This document shows positions 1-9,041 of a stretch of DNA of 64,000 bases, piece by piece. Both the position numbers and the translations under genes were made by a program. Every line of letters starts with the position of its first letter. Within the stretch, counting starts at the first letter, position 1. Below the pieces are notes generated by a model that searched no databases, was not told the DNA's origin, and was given only the letters and a program-made list of their open reading frames with translations. Source of the stretch: Phormidesmis sp. (GTDB taxonomy: Bacteria; Cyanobacteriota; Cyanobacteriia; Leptolyngbyales; Leptolyngbyaceae); the NCBI GenBank assembly GCA_965248535.1, contig CBDFJR010000002.1, forward strand, positions 1,184,001 through 1,248,000. The letters are read 5' to 3'.

Positions 1-192
1 ATGGTGCAGAGCGATCGTCCCTGTCCCGATGTGCTGGTGCAGATTGCGGCAGTTCGGGGTGCTCTCGATCGAGTAGCGCGCATGATTTTGGATGAACACC
101 TGACTCAGTGCATCGCTCGTGCGGCTAAAGAGGGCAACATTGAGAGCGAAATCGAGGAACTGAAAGCAGCCCTCGATCGCTTCTTAATCTAG
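1..192 (+). CDS. CsoR/RcnR-family metal-sensing repressor (InrS-like), 5' part probably outside window
   Basis: CPDVLVQIAAVRGAL and EHLTQC (Cys...His-x3-Cys) signature. Confidence 0.85.
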   Translation: MVQSDRPCPDVLVQIAAVRGALDRVARMILDEHLTQCIARAAKEGNIESEIEELKAALDRFLI

Positions 193-223
193 CGATCGTA
201 GGCTGGCTTTCCTTTTTAAACTT

Positions 224-883
224 CTAGGCGACGGCCGCAAACAACATCGCTAGGGGCTGCTCTGGAGCATCGGATCTAGCGACAATTTCGACAATTTTGT
301 TACGAGAACTCGGCTGAAAAACGGCTTCTACGCAGACTTGAGCAACTTTGGTGCGCGGAATGCTGCCTTCTGAGAGGGTGTCTTGAGCCGACATCACGAT
401 CGCATCGGCGTTATCTTCATTTTTTAAGCCACCCGGACGCACGATCGTATAAGTCAACCCACTTTTCTGAAGATACTCCTCTCCCTGCTTCTTCCACACC
501 AAAATCAACCAAAACAAATTTAAGGGATGAAAGAATTTTGAGGTGCACAGAGAAGACACCATCACAAACTGCTCGATTCCCAAAGCTTTAGAGGCATCGA
601 CGAGGTTCTTGGTGCCTTCATAATCCACTTTATAGGGCCCCGTCGGATCGAAGCTAGGACGGGCACCCGTGGCAGAAAACAGCACCGTGCTGTCAGCGAT
701 CGCGGTTTTTAGACTCTCGGCATTCATCAGATCAGCGGTCACTAACTCAACGCCCGTCGGCAAAATAGCCTGGGCCGATGGCAGATCTCGAACCAACGCC
801 CGAACGGGAATACCCCGATCAACTAACTGCTGCACAATTCGCCGCCCTGTTTCTCCGGTTGCCCCGGCCACAAATGCTTTCAT
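224..883 (-). CDS. NAD(P)H-binding atypical SDR (NAD_binding_10/Tic62-like)
   Basis: N-terminal VAGATGETG Rossmann motif, YTIVRPGGL. Confidence 0.85.
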   Translation of the reverse strand: MKAFVAGATGETGRRIVQQLVDRGIPVRALVRDLPSAQAILPTGVELVTADLMNAESLKTAIADSTVLFSATGARPSFDPTGPYKVDYEGTKNLVDASKALGIEQFVMVSSLCTSKFFHPLNLFWLILVWKKQGEEYLQKSGLTYTIVRPGGLKNEDNADAIVMSAQDTLSEGSIPRTKVAQVCVEAVFQPSSRNKIVEIVARSDAPEQPLAMLFAAVA

Positions 884-1302
884 GAAAATTCTCGCTATAG
901 TTAGTAACGTTTGCTACTGGATGTTTAACAATCTTGTCGCTATTCTGACATCTGGTAAAGGTAGGACTCTAGCCAAATCGTCTCAACTCTGATGGGCAGC
1001 TACCTTGACGATTTCGATCACCCATTGTGTTTACCATGAGTTCTAAGATAGATTACGAAATATTGCTGTCTCTGAGTCATGATGGTTTAAAAAGTGCTGT
1101 AGAAACTACTGAGTTTAGAGTTTGGCAACTGAGAAATCCTCAGGTATCTTCTAGACTGAGTATCCGAGAGAACCCTATGTTTTCATTAGAAGATTTAGAT
1201 TCGATGAATTTTCGGGGGAGTCGCCCATTCGCCGTGAAGGATTGAATATCCTCAGGGAACTTTGGAAATAGACATCAGACAACCAACGCAAGAGAATTGT
1301 CC

Positions 1303-2010
1303 ATGCAGTCCCAACCCACCGATCCTTCAGAGTTTCGCCTCGCGAATCGTCCGTTTATTCAAACCGTCTCCCCACGGCTGCCCCACTCAGACCTCAATTT
1401 GCCCGCCGCAGAGAGCACTCAGGGCACGATCGAGCCAACTCAGTTTCGCACCCACTGCGTAGACAGTATGGATATGTATGCGGATAGGCAGAGTGTTGCT
1501 GACTATTTGGACAAGCATTCTGACTGGTTTCATCGCTGCGCCCAACCCATGCAAGTAGAGGCGATCGGGCGCAACAGCTATGCGCTGATCATCGGCAGTT
1601 TTGGGGCTTTTGGCTATGAGATCGAACCCAAAGTAGGCTTAGATCTGCTGCCCCAAGAAGATGGGGTTTATCGCATTGAGACGGTTCCGGTTCCGGGATA
1701 CTCGACTTCTGGCTATGAGGTCGATTTTAGAGCCGCCCTAGAGCTTGTAGAAGGAATTCATCCCGCCACCAAAACTGCGTTGGCCTCAGCGCAGATGACT
1801 CAAGTTCAGTGGCAGTTAGATCTGACGGTGACGATTCAATTTCCGCGATTTATTCACTCGCTGCCTGCCCCTATTATTCAGCGAACGGGCGATCGAATAC
1901 TTCAACAAGTCGTGCGCCAAGTTTCTCGCCGCCTCACGCAGCGCGTCCAAGACGATTTTCATTCTTCCCACGGTTTGTCGATGCCCAAACGCTCAAAAAA
2001 GTGGCTTTAG
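1303..2010 (+). CDS. DUF1997 domain protein
   Basis: WFHRCAQPM, IGSFGAFGYEIEPKVGL and FPRFIHSLP motifs typical of cyanobacterial DUF1997; ATG at 1303 chosen. Confidence 0.75.
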   Translation: MQSQPTDPSEFRLANRPFIQTVSPRLPHSDLNLPAAESTQGTIEPTQFRTHCVDSMDMYADRQSVADYLDKHSDWFHRCAQPMQVEAIGRNSYALIIGSFGAFGYEIEPKVGLDLLPQEDGVYRIETVPVPGYSTSGYEVDFRAALELVEGIHPATKTALASAQMTQVQWQLDLTVTIQFPRFIHSLPAPIIQRTGDRILQQVVRQVSRRLTQRVQDDFHSSHGLSMPKRSKKWL

Positions 2011-2065
2011 CTCATCTTCAGCTTAAATTTCCCCCTCTGTTGACCTAAAAGCTGAATTTTTCATC

Positions 2066-2099
2066 CTAAAAAACCCTCCTGCATTAGAGGGTTTTTTAG
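2066..2099. terminator. Bidirectional intrinsic terminator
   Basis: ctaaaaaaccctc...gagggttttttag inverted repeat with A and T tracts, between convergent genes. Confidence 0.8.
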
Positions 2100-2121
2100 T
2101 TAGATCGGCAGTTTTTATCCC

Positions 2122-2451
2122 CTACCAGCCTTTTTCAGCCTGACTTAACACATAGTTTGCGACTGCCTCAATCTCGTCATCCTCCAAACGACCCCCAAAG
2201 GCTGGCATCGCGTTCTTACCATTGGTTACCTGATTTTTAATAGCGGACAGAGACCGCATTCCATACTTCTCTAGTGCCTCTTTCCGCAGAGTTTTATTCG
2301 CAATAATGACGTTGTTGCCGCCAATGTGACAAGCCGAACAGTTGGCGTTAAAGATTTGTTGACCATCCGGCTTATTTGCTAAAGCAGGGTGGCTAAACGT
2401 GAATGTCAAGATTGCGATCGCCAGCATTAGAGCAGTCAGCAATTTTCGCAA
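2122..2451 (-). CDS. petJ: Cytochrome c6
   Basis: Signal peptide, CSACH heme motif, GKNAMPAFGGRL, C-terminal KGW. Confidence 0.95.
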   Translation of the reverse strand: MRKLLTALMLAIAILTFTFSHPALANKPDGQQIFNANCSACHIGGNNVIIANKTLRKEALEKYGMRSLSAIKNQVTNGKNAMPAFGGRLEDDEIEAVANYVLSQAEKGW

Positions 2452-2589
2452 AGCAGTTCTCCCCTATCAAACGCAGATTGTAAGTGAATGTATTGATACA
2501 GAACCATTCTAGGACTTTACCAGACATTTCCAATCAACCGCCTGAACGAGGAGAACTTGAGCGATCGATCTCGTCAAGAGACAGAGACG

Positions 2590-3003
2590 TTAAGCAGCAA
2601 CGACAACCTTACCCACCATGCCAGCACCGCGATGGGGCAGACAGAAATAGGAATAGTCACCTGCGGGAGCATCAGCCGGAATGGTTAGCTCAAACGATTT
2701 GCCAGCACTCTCTAGTTTCTTGTGTGACAGGCTATCTGCCAGAGATTTGTCTTGAGTCGGAATTTTGCTGACATCAAACACCACGTTGTGAGGAGGCAGG
2801 TTACCCACTTCCCACTTCACGGTGTCACCAGGCTTAACGGTGACCACTTTAGGGTCAAACACTAGCCCTTTCGCAGAACCCATCGTGACCGTGTAGGTTT
2901 CAGCCGAAGCAGGATTAGCAGTCAGAAAAAAGCTGCCAACCACTAACAGGACGGTGCAAAGCAGCAAAGAGAGACGGCGCGTAACAGAAGCAACAAGTTT
3001 CAT
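2590..3003 (-). CDS. petE: Plastocyanin
   Basis: PHNVVF and YFCLPHRGAGMVG copper ligands; signal peptide. Confidence 0.95.
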   Translation of the reverse strand: MKLVASVTRRLSLLLCTVLLVVGSFFLTANPASAETYTVTMGSAKGLVFDPKVVTVKPGDTVKWEVGNLPPHNVVFDVSKIPTQDKSLADSLSHKKLESAGKSFELTIPADAPAGDYSYFCLPHRGAGMVGKVVVAA

Positions 3004-3107
3004 ATTTTTCTGTGGAATTCTAGTTTTTCCAATTACTTCAAGTTTAAACCAGTCGATGCCCCACAGAGACTTTTCTCAGGGCGGATCTCTCGACTGGGGG
3101 GCGATCG

Positions 3108-3608
3108 TTAAAACTGATCGGTGCCCCAGCCCGGTGCTTTTTGAGCCGCTCTGAGAATAAACCCCGATAGGGCTTCTACTTCAGCCTGAGAGAGCCAATT
3201 TTCAGAGACTTTCCGGCATGAAAAGGTTTCTTCGCTGCCATCATAGGTCATTGGGTGACGCAGATAGGCAACCAGACGGTCGATCGTGTCTCGTGGGGGC
3301 GTAGCGCCTTGCAAAGCTCTAAGCGACAGCGGCACTGTGGGGTCAGGCAACGTTGCGCCGCCCACATGACAGCTTAAGCAGTTTTGCTCAAACAGTTTTT
3401 TGCCAGCAGTCAGTTCTGGCAGGCTAAACGATCGGGAGGTTCCCTGATCGTCTTTGGCTAAAGCAATGGGTTCAGTCACTTGCAGATAGCGAGCGACATA
3501 GGCATCTGCGGCCTGCGACGAGGGGCTGACCAGCACCATTCCAAGGCAGACGATCGCCCAGAGGCATAGCCCTCGAATCCACGAAAGTCGATGCAGCGTT
3601 TTCAGCAT
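3108..3608 (-). CDS. psbV2: Cytochrome c550-like PsbV2
   Basis: CLSCH, GGATLPDP, YDGSE..C, APGWG; directly downstream of psbV. Confidence 0.9.
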   Translation of the reverse strand: MLKTLHRLSWIRGLCLWAIVCLGMVLVSPSSQAADAYVARYLQVTEPIALAKDDQGTSRSFSLPELTAGKKLFEQNCLSCHVGGATLPDPTVPLSLRALQGATPPRDTIDRLVAYLRHPMTYDGSEETFSCRKVSENWLSQAEVEALSGFILRAAQKAPGWGTDQF

Positions 3609-3657
3609 TCGATCACTCTGTTCTAGAAAATGGCAGCGGTCAGCAGAAAACTGGGGT

Positions 3658-4149
3658 TTAGTAGTAGATTTTGCCGCCGCCCCACTTGTCGCCCACCACT
3701 TTAGGTTGCAGCAGGATGTGACCCGCGATCGCCACTAAGTCTTCGTTGGTCAGGTTCCGCATTTCAGGAAAGAGATCTTTGCTCTTGAGGCTGGGGTGCA
3801 TCTCAGCAATTTCAACGGTGCCGTCGTAGCTAGTGGGTTTTTTCATATAGTCCACTAGTGACTCGACATTGTTGCGGTTAGGGGTGGCTAACGACAGTGA
3901 CTCAGGGTCAAGACCCACGTTGGGGTCAGTTTTGGTGACTCCGCCAGCATGACACTGGGCGCAGGCATATTGAAACAAACGCTTGCCCTCTTTGACTTGC
4001 TTGAGGCTCAAAACCGTGGTGTCGCCGCCTTCATTGAGGGGCACCGTCCGAATGGCTTTGTCTAGCTCGGCGGCGTTAGCATCTGAAACAAAGATTTGAA
4101 ACGCAAAGAATACAACGGCTATGGCAAGCCAGACGTATCTTTTAAGCAT
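3658..4149 (-). CDS. psbV: Photosystem II cytochrome c550
   Basis: CAQCH, KWGGGKIYY C-terminus; ATG at 4149 preceded by AGGAG. Confidence 0.97.
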   Translation of the reverse strand: MLKRYVWLAIAVVFFAFQIFVSDANAAELDKAIRTVPLNEGGDTTVLSLKQVKEGKRLFQYACAQCHAGGVTKTDPNVGLDPESLSLATPNRNNVESLVDYMKKPTSYDGTVEIAEMHPSLKSKDLFPEMRNLTNEDLVAIAGHILLQPKVVGDKWGGGKIYY

Positions 4150-4519
4150 GGTTCTCCTTAAATGTGGCTCGGTTATCGGCATCACAACACAACACATGGA
4201 TTCTATGATTGCGACCTCTCGGCACTCAAGCGTTGACGGCTACCTGTGCAGGGGTGTCTGTCAGCAGACAGGGCATCGGTGATCGGGAATTTTTCAACGG
4301 ATTGCAGAACCTGACCGCAGCTTTGAGAGATGCGACGGCTCGATCGGCGAAACCCCAAGATGATGTTTGCTGATAGTGAGGATTACCCTCTTTAATACCA
4401 ATATCATGCCGATGTCCCAATCCTTTGCCCAATCTCTGAGATTGGGGGAGAGTCATGGGATCGCGGGGTAGGAAGTTGGGATTGTGGATTGAATCGGGTG
4501 GGTTGGTTGCGGGGGCCCT

Positions 4520-4544
4520 GGGCACGGCAATGCCGTGCCCGTAC
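4520..4544. repeat. REP-like palindrome GGGCACGGCAATGCCGTGCCC-GTAC
   Basis: Perfect 9-bp stem; same family as the hairpins at 8807-9021. Confidence 0.7.
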
Positions 4545-4568
4545 GCGGGTTTGGGCAAGGCTTAAGGC

Positions 4569-5492
4569 TTAGTCAGGAGAAATTTTGCTGAGGGCTTTGA
4601 TGCCGGGCAACTGCTCAATATGAGAGGTTGGTGCAATGGGCTGATGTAGGCGAATCAGTTGCGCGATCGTCTTTTTTAGCTGGGTGCGAGAGACGATCGC
4701 ATCGACTAACCCATGTTGCAGCAGATATTCAGAGGTTTGAAAGTCGTCGGGGAGCTTTTCGCGCAGGGTTTGCTCAACTACGCGCCGCCCGGCGAAGGCG
4801 ATCATGGCTTTGGGTTCTGCCAAAATAATGTCGCCCAGCATTGCGAAACTGGCCGTCACGCCACCCGTCGTGGGGTGAGTCAACACCGGAATGTAAAGGA
4901 GACAGCTTTCTTGATGGCGCTGCAAGGCTCCAGATATCTTGGCCATCTGCATTAGACTGAGCATTCCTTCCTGCATTCTGGCTCCGCCTGAGGCGCAGAC
5001 AATCACGACGGGGAGGCGCTGTTGGGTGGCCCGCTCGATTAGTCGGGTGAGCTTTTCGCCGACGACTGACCCCATGCTGCCGCCCATAAACCTAAAATCC
5101 ATCACGCCTAGGGCGATCGGGTGCCCATCTAGTTGCCCCAGCCCAGTCTGCACGGCATCGGCTAGCTTGGTCTTCTCTTGGGTGTCGCGAATGTAGTCAA
5201 TATAGGCTTTGCGGGCGCGAAAGTTGAGCGGATCGACAGGCTGTAGGCTTTCGTCGATCGCCACCCAGGTATCAGCATCAATGATCTGGCGAATCCGCTC
5301 GTCGCTAAAGACGCGAATGTGGTGATCGCACTCCAGGCAGACCATTTGATTGGCTCGCAGATCTTTGGTGTAGGTCAACGCTCCACAGGCTTCACATTTT
5401 GTCCATAGCCCATCGGCAATTTCGCGTTCTTGTCCTTCGGGGGTTGTAGAGCCTGATTTCCGACGATTTGCAAACCAATCAAAGAGTGACAT
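4569..5492 (-). CDS. accD: Acetyl-CoA carboxylase carboxyltransferase beta subunit
   Basis: LWTKC zinc finger, [20 protein letters not shown]. Confidence 0.97.
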   Translation of the reverse strand: MSLFDWFANRRKSGSTTPEGQEREIADGLWTKCEACGALTYTKDLRANQMVCLECDHHIRVFSDERIRQIIDADTWVAIDESLQPVDPLNFRARKAYIDYIRDTQEKTKLADAVQTGLGQLDGHPIALGVMDFRFMGGSMGSVVGEKLTRLIERATQQRLPVVIVCASGGARMQEGMLSLMQMAKISGALQRHQESCLLYIPVLTHPTTGGVTASFAMLGDIILAEPKAMIAFAGRRVVEQTLREKLPDDFQTSEYLLQHGLVDAIVSRTQLKKTIAQLIRLHQPIAPTSHIEQLPGIKALSKISPD

Positions 5493-5624
5493 GGCAAAAA
5501 TTTATAGGTTGAAGTGGGCGGTAGGGGGTGCGATCGCCAGACCGAGAAAAGAGCGTGAAGAGACAGTTCTCAAAGAGTCGGCTCAAACCACAAAACCAGC
5601 ATTAATTATAGAGGTTAACGTTTC

Positions 5625-5852
5625 TCATTCAGCTTCAGACTCTAGAGACTCGTCTGCGATCGGACTCAGCAACAGCCGCGCCATCCACTGATCTTGGGAG
5701 CGCACCTGTAGAGCAGCCGGGCTGCCAACCCCAAAATAAGAGGCTGAACCGAGATCCAGAATTCTCACAGGAATGTCGTGAGCAAGCAAGACCTGCTCCA
5801 TCAGTTCCGCTTCCCAGCGAGTAGCGGTCGTTTTTAACGTGAGCCAGGGCAC
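5625..5852 (-). CDS. Small conserved protein, DUF2007-like
   Basis: WEAELM..L.AHDIP...LQV pattern; GTG start. Confidence 0.65.
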   Translation of the reverse strand: MPWLTLKTTATRWEAELMEQVLLAHDIPVRILDLGSASYFGVGSPAALQVRSQDQWMARLLLSPIADESLESEAE

Positions 5853-5975
5853 GTAATCGAATTTTTAAACATTAAGACATCCCGTAATTCTACTTCGATA
5901 GTCTTAACAATTTGTGGGAATCATGAACCCATCACACGCTCTAAGTCAGTCTACGCAGACATTTGCGGTTTTTCT

Positions 5976-7031
5976 ATGACTATCTCGACCATTTCTCACT
6001 TGGTGGGTTCCTCTGATTATCAAGCGATCGCCGATGATGCTCTCAAAGATGAAGACAACGCCGCTTGGGTGATGGAACTTGAACCCTCTATCAGAGATGC
6101 CTGGGTTGAACGAATTAGCTGGATCAGGTTAGCCGATCGCCTGGCAGAAAATGAATTGCTCAACCCCGCTGGCTCAGAATTTCAGCGATTTCATGATAGC
6201 TGGAAATGGATGATGGCAACGGGTCAGGTGCAGCCTGGGTGCAGCCATCGCAAAGAGTTTTATCGGATGCGCGATCGCTGGTTTAAAGAGTCGTCTGATG
6301 CGGTCAGTCGTCAAGCTATTCAATCCTGGAATCGATATCTGGCGGCGATCTCCACCTATCATCAAAACAATTTGACCCTGGCAAAGATTGCTGATTTTGA
6401 GGTCATGCTCGAAGAACTAGCTGGCTCATTTTTTCAAGTGTTGCCCTTCTCCATGCAGCATCACTGGCAGGCAGTAGGTTCCTTTGGCGCAGTGGATCAG
6501 TTTCATAACATTCTGCGAGATCTGAGAGAAGATGCCGAGCAGGGAATTTGCTATTTGCCGACTGAGTTGCTCGATCGGTTTGGGGTCAGCCGCGCTGAGA
6601 TTTTAGACCTGCGGGCCTGTGAAAATGTGGGTTATCGCCCGATGATGGAGTTTTGGATGCACGATTATTTGCCGCAGCTACACCGCAAATCTTATGCCTT
6701 GATTTTGGCACCCGATCTGCATCCATCTTGGCAAATGCTGCGAGACTGGTCACTCAACCGCTACAAGCGCATCGAGCGCATCTTTCGGCGCTGTGACTAT
6801 AATTATGTGCAGTTTCCTGAACTTTATTGGCAAGAAGTCAAGCGGGATCTCACGCACATGCTGCCAGGGATGTATGGTCAGCAGCCACGTCAGCGAGGCT
6901 CTGCCTCTGGGTCTTATCTAACGCGCACCAATAAGCTGTTTCAAATTGCCCAGGGAGAAATGCTCTCTGAAGTTAAATTTGAGAAAGTGCCCTTTTTAAG
7001 ATTCTTCCGATCGCTACAACAAGTCAGCTAG
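5976..7031 (+). CDS. Divergent squalene/phytoene synthase-family protein
   Basis: QFHNILRDLREDAEQGICYLP second Asp-rich motif; first motif degenerate (RLADRLAE). Confidence 0.75.
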   Translation: MTISTISHLVGSSDYQAIADDALKDEDNAAWVMELEPSIRDAWVERISWIRLADRLAENELLNPAGSEFQRFHDSWKWMMATGQVQPGCSHRKEFYRMRDRWFKESSDAVSRQAIQSWNRYLAAISTYHQNNLTLAKIADFEVMLEELAGSFFQVLPFSMQHHWQAVGSFGAVDQFHNILRDLREDAEQGICYLPTELLDRFGVSRAEILDLRACENVGYRPMMEFWMHDYLPQLHRKSYALILAPDLHPSWQMLRDWSLNRYKRIERIFRRCDYNYVQFPELYWQEVKRDLTHMLPGMYGQQPRQRGSASGSYLTRTNKLFQIAQGEMLSEVKFEKVPFLRFFRSLQQVS

Positions 7032-8749
7032 TAAAAGCTGCCAGATTTACGGTGCTGCACGGCGGTTACCCCTTTTTGCTCTAAGACCTTGCCGCTTTCG
7101 ACCACGGCATAGAGCAGCCAGTGATCGCCGCATTCCATTCGGTTTTGCACCGTGCATTCTAGATAAGCTAATCCATCCAGCAAGACAGGGCACCCATTTT
7201 CTGCTTTGGCTGTCTCAATGTCAGCAAATCGATCTTCTCCGGGTGCGGCGGGTTTGACAAAATGCCGTCTGAGGGCGCGGCCCTCTTTGAGAATGTTGAG
7301 AACAAACTGATCGCCCGCGTGATCAAGCACACCGTCAGCTCGATCTTTGGCGATCGCCACCGTCACCCCCGGCGGGCTAAAGGTCGCTTGTGACACCCAA
7401 GAAGTGAGCATTCCGGCGGCAGTGTCTCCCTGTTTAGCGGTGACCACACACAGAGAGCCAACGACTCTCCCTAGGGCTTGCTCAGTGCGATCGCTTTGCC
7501 CCACCGAAGCCACTTGCCGCGGCACTCGCACCTTTTTAGCTTTTTTCAACGCTTGAGCAAACTCGGCTCCGGCAGCTTGGCACTGTTGCAGCACTTCATC
7601 AGAGGGTTTGAATTTGACGCGAATCGACTCGAACCCAAACCCAAAGCCTGCGTCTTGCAGTTTGCTTTCGAGGAGGTCAATCGCTTCTCCACTCCAGCCA
7701 TAGGAACCAAACACGCCCGCGAGCTTTGTCTTAGAAGCCGTCGAGAGAATCAGCCCCAGCGCGGTTTGAATCTGAGTCGGAGCGTGGCCGCCCAGAGTCG
7801 GCGACCCGATGATAAAGCCGTCACACTGCTCGATCGCGGCCACGATTTCGGCCGGGTCAGCAAACTCGCAGTTGATCGACTCGATCGCGACTTCGGCTTG
7901 GGTCAGCCCTTTAGCGATCGCTTGTCCCGCAGCGGCGGTGTTGCCATAGGCAGACGTGTAGAGAATCGCTACCGAGAGTTCTTGAGTTTTTTGCTGCTCA
8001 CACCACTGCCGATAGTCGAGATTAAAGCGGCTCAAGCTATAGCGCACCAGCGGCCCGTGACCCACAGCATAAATCTTGGACGGAAAGGCGGCCAACTTGT
8101 CTAAAGCCGCTTCGACCTGTCGAGACTGCGATGCGTGAAGACAGTCAAAATAGTAGTGACGGTCTTCGTCTAGCTGCTTCCAGTTTTCGTCGAGGATGGG
8201 GTCGTCGCAGAGGTGAGCGCCAAATAGCTTATCGGTGTAGAGAATGCGCGTTGCCGGGTCAAAGGTGCAGAGTCCGTCAGCCCAGCGAGGAGTTGGGACG
8301 AAAGCAAATCGTAGCTCGTGTCCTTTGCCTAGGTCTAAGACCTCTTCACCTCTGACAGCATTGATCCGCAGGGTTTGCTCTGGAAAGGCTGCTTTGAGTG
8401 CGATCGCGGCAGGTTTTGAGCACACGATCGTCATTTGGGGCGCAAGCTCGATCAGTCGCTTTAGCGTGGTTAGACGATTGGGATTGACGTGGCCCAAAAT
8501 TACATAGTCTAGCTTTTGAAAATATTGATGATCATGCAGTTCTTTAAGAAAAATATCGGTGAAAGAACTGCCCGGTGGATCGATTAGCGCCGTTTTTTCG
8601 CCCTGAATCAGGTAGGAATTTGCGGTCGTTCCGCGCTGGCGAGAATATTCGATCTCAAACTTGAGCCGATCCCAGGTGCGCGATCGTAGCACCCATGTCT
8701 CTGCCCCAATTTCGGCAACTTGAACGTCTTTGGGTTTGATGTCAGCCAT
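7028..8749 (-). CDS. flv1: Flavodiiron protein, Flv1 type
   Basis: Beta-lactamase, flavodoxin and flavin reductase domains; non-canonical HVNPNR site; ATG at 8749 chosen. Confidence 0.85.
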   Translation of the reverse strand: MADIKPKDVQVAEIGAETWVLRSRTWDRLKFEIEYSRQRGTTANSYLIQGEKTALIDPPGSSFTDIFLKELHDHQYFQKLDYVILGHVNPNRLTTLKRLIELAPQMTIVCSKPAAIALKAAFPEQTLRINAVRGEEVLDLGKGHELRFAFVPTPRWADGLCTFDPATRILYTDKLFGAHLCDDPILDENWKQLDEDRHYYFDCLHASQSRQVEAALDKLAAFPSKIYAVGHGPLVRYSLSRFNLDYRQWCEQQKTQELSVAILYTSAYGNTAAAGQAIAKGLTQAEVAIESINCEFADPAEIVAAIEQCDGFIIGSPTLGGHAPTQIQTALGLILSTASKTKLAGVFGSYGWSGEAIDLLESKLQDAGFGFGFESIRVKFKPSDEVLQQCQAAGAEFAQALKKAKKVRVPRQVASVGQSDRTEQALGRVVGSLCVVTAKQGDTAAGMLTSWVSQATFSPPGVTVAIAKDRADGVLDHAGDQFVLNILKEGRALRRHFVKPAAPGEDRFADIETAKAENGCPVLLDGLAYLECTVQNRMECGDHWLLYAVVESGKVLEQKGVTAVQHRKSGSFY

Positions 8750-8806
8750 AGGTTTAAAGGGAGAACTTGGGATCGTAGATCGAAGCGGGTTAGCTACTGG
8801 CGAGAA

Positions 8807-9021
8807 GGACACGACGATGCCCTTACCTAGCATTTAGGTTTCAGTCTGTGGGCGAGGACAGGGGGCACGGCGATGCCATGCTTTTACCTAGCATTTAGGT
8901 TTCAGTCTGTGGGCGAGGGCAGGGGGCACGGCGATGCCATGCCCTTACTCACATTTAGGTGTTTCAGTCTGTGGGCGAGGACAGGGGGCACGGCGATGCC
9001 ATGCCCTTACTCAGATTTAGG
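8807..9021. repeat. Three tandem ~61-63 bp repeats plus a degenerate partial copy, each with a GGGCACGGCGATGCCATGCCC-type hairpin
   Basis: Unit catttagg(tg)tttcagtctgtgggcgaggrcagggggcacggcgatgccatgcyyttac repeated between flv3 and flv1. Confidence 0.9.
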
Positions 9022-9041
9022 GTTTATTTATCGGGCGACTC

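Noticed and set aside
1027..1245. 72-aa ORF and recurring ctgag words
   Set aside because: AT-rich promoter region; repeats are short and irregularly spaced
8807..9021. CRISPR array
   Set aside because: The intervening sequences are near-identical rather than unique spacers, and no cas genes are present
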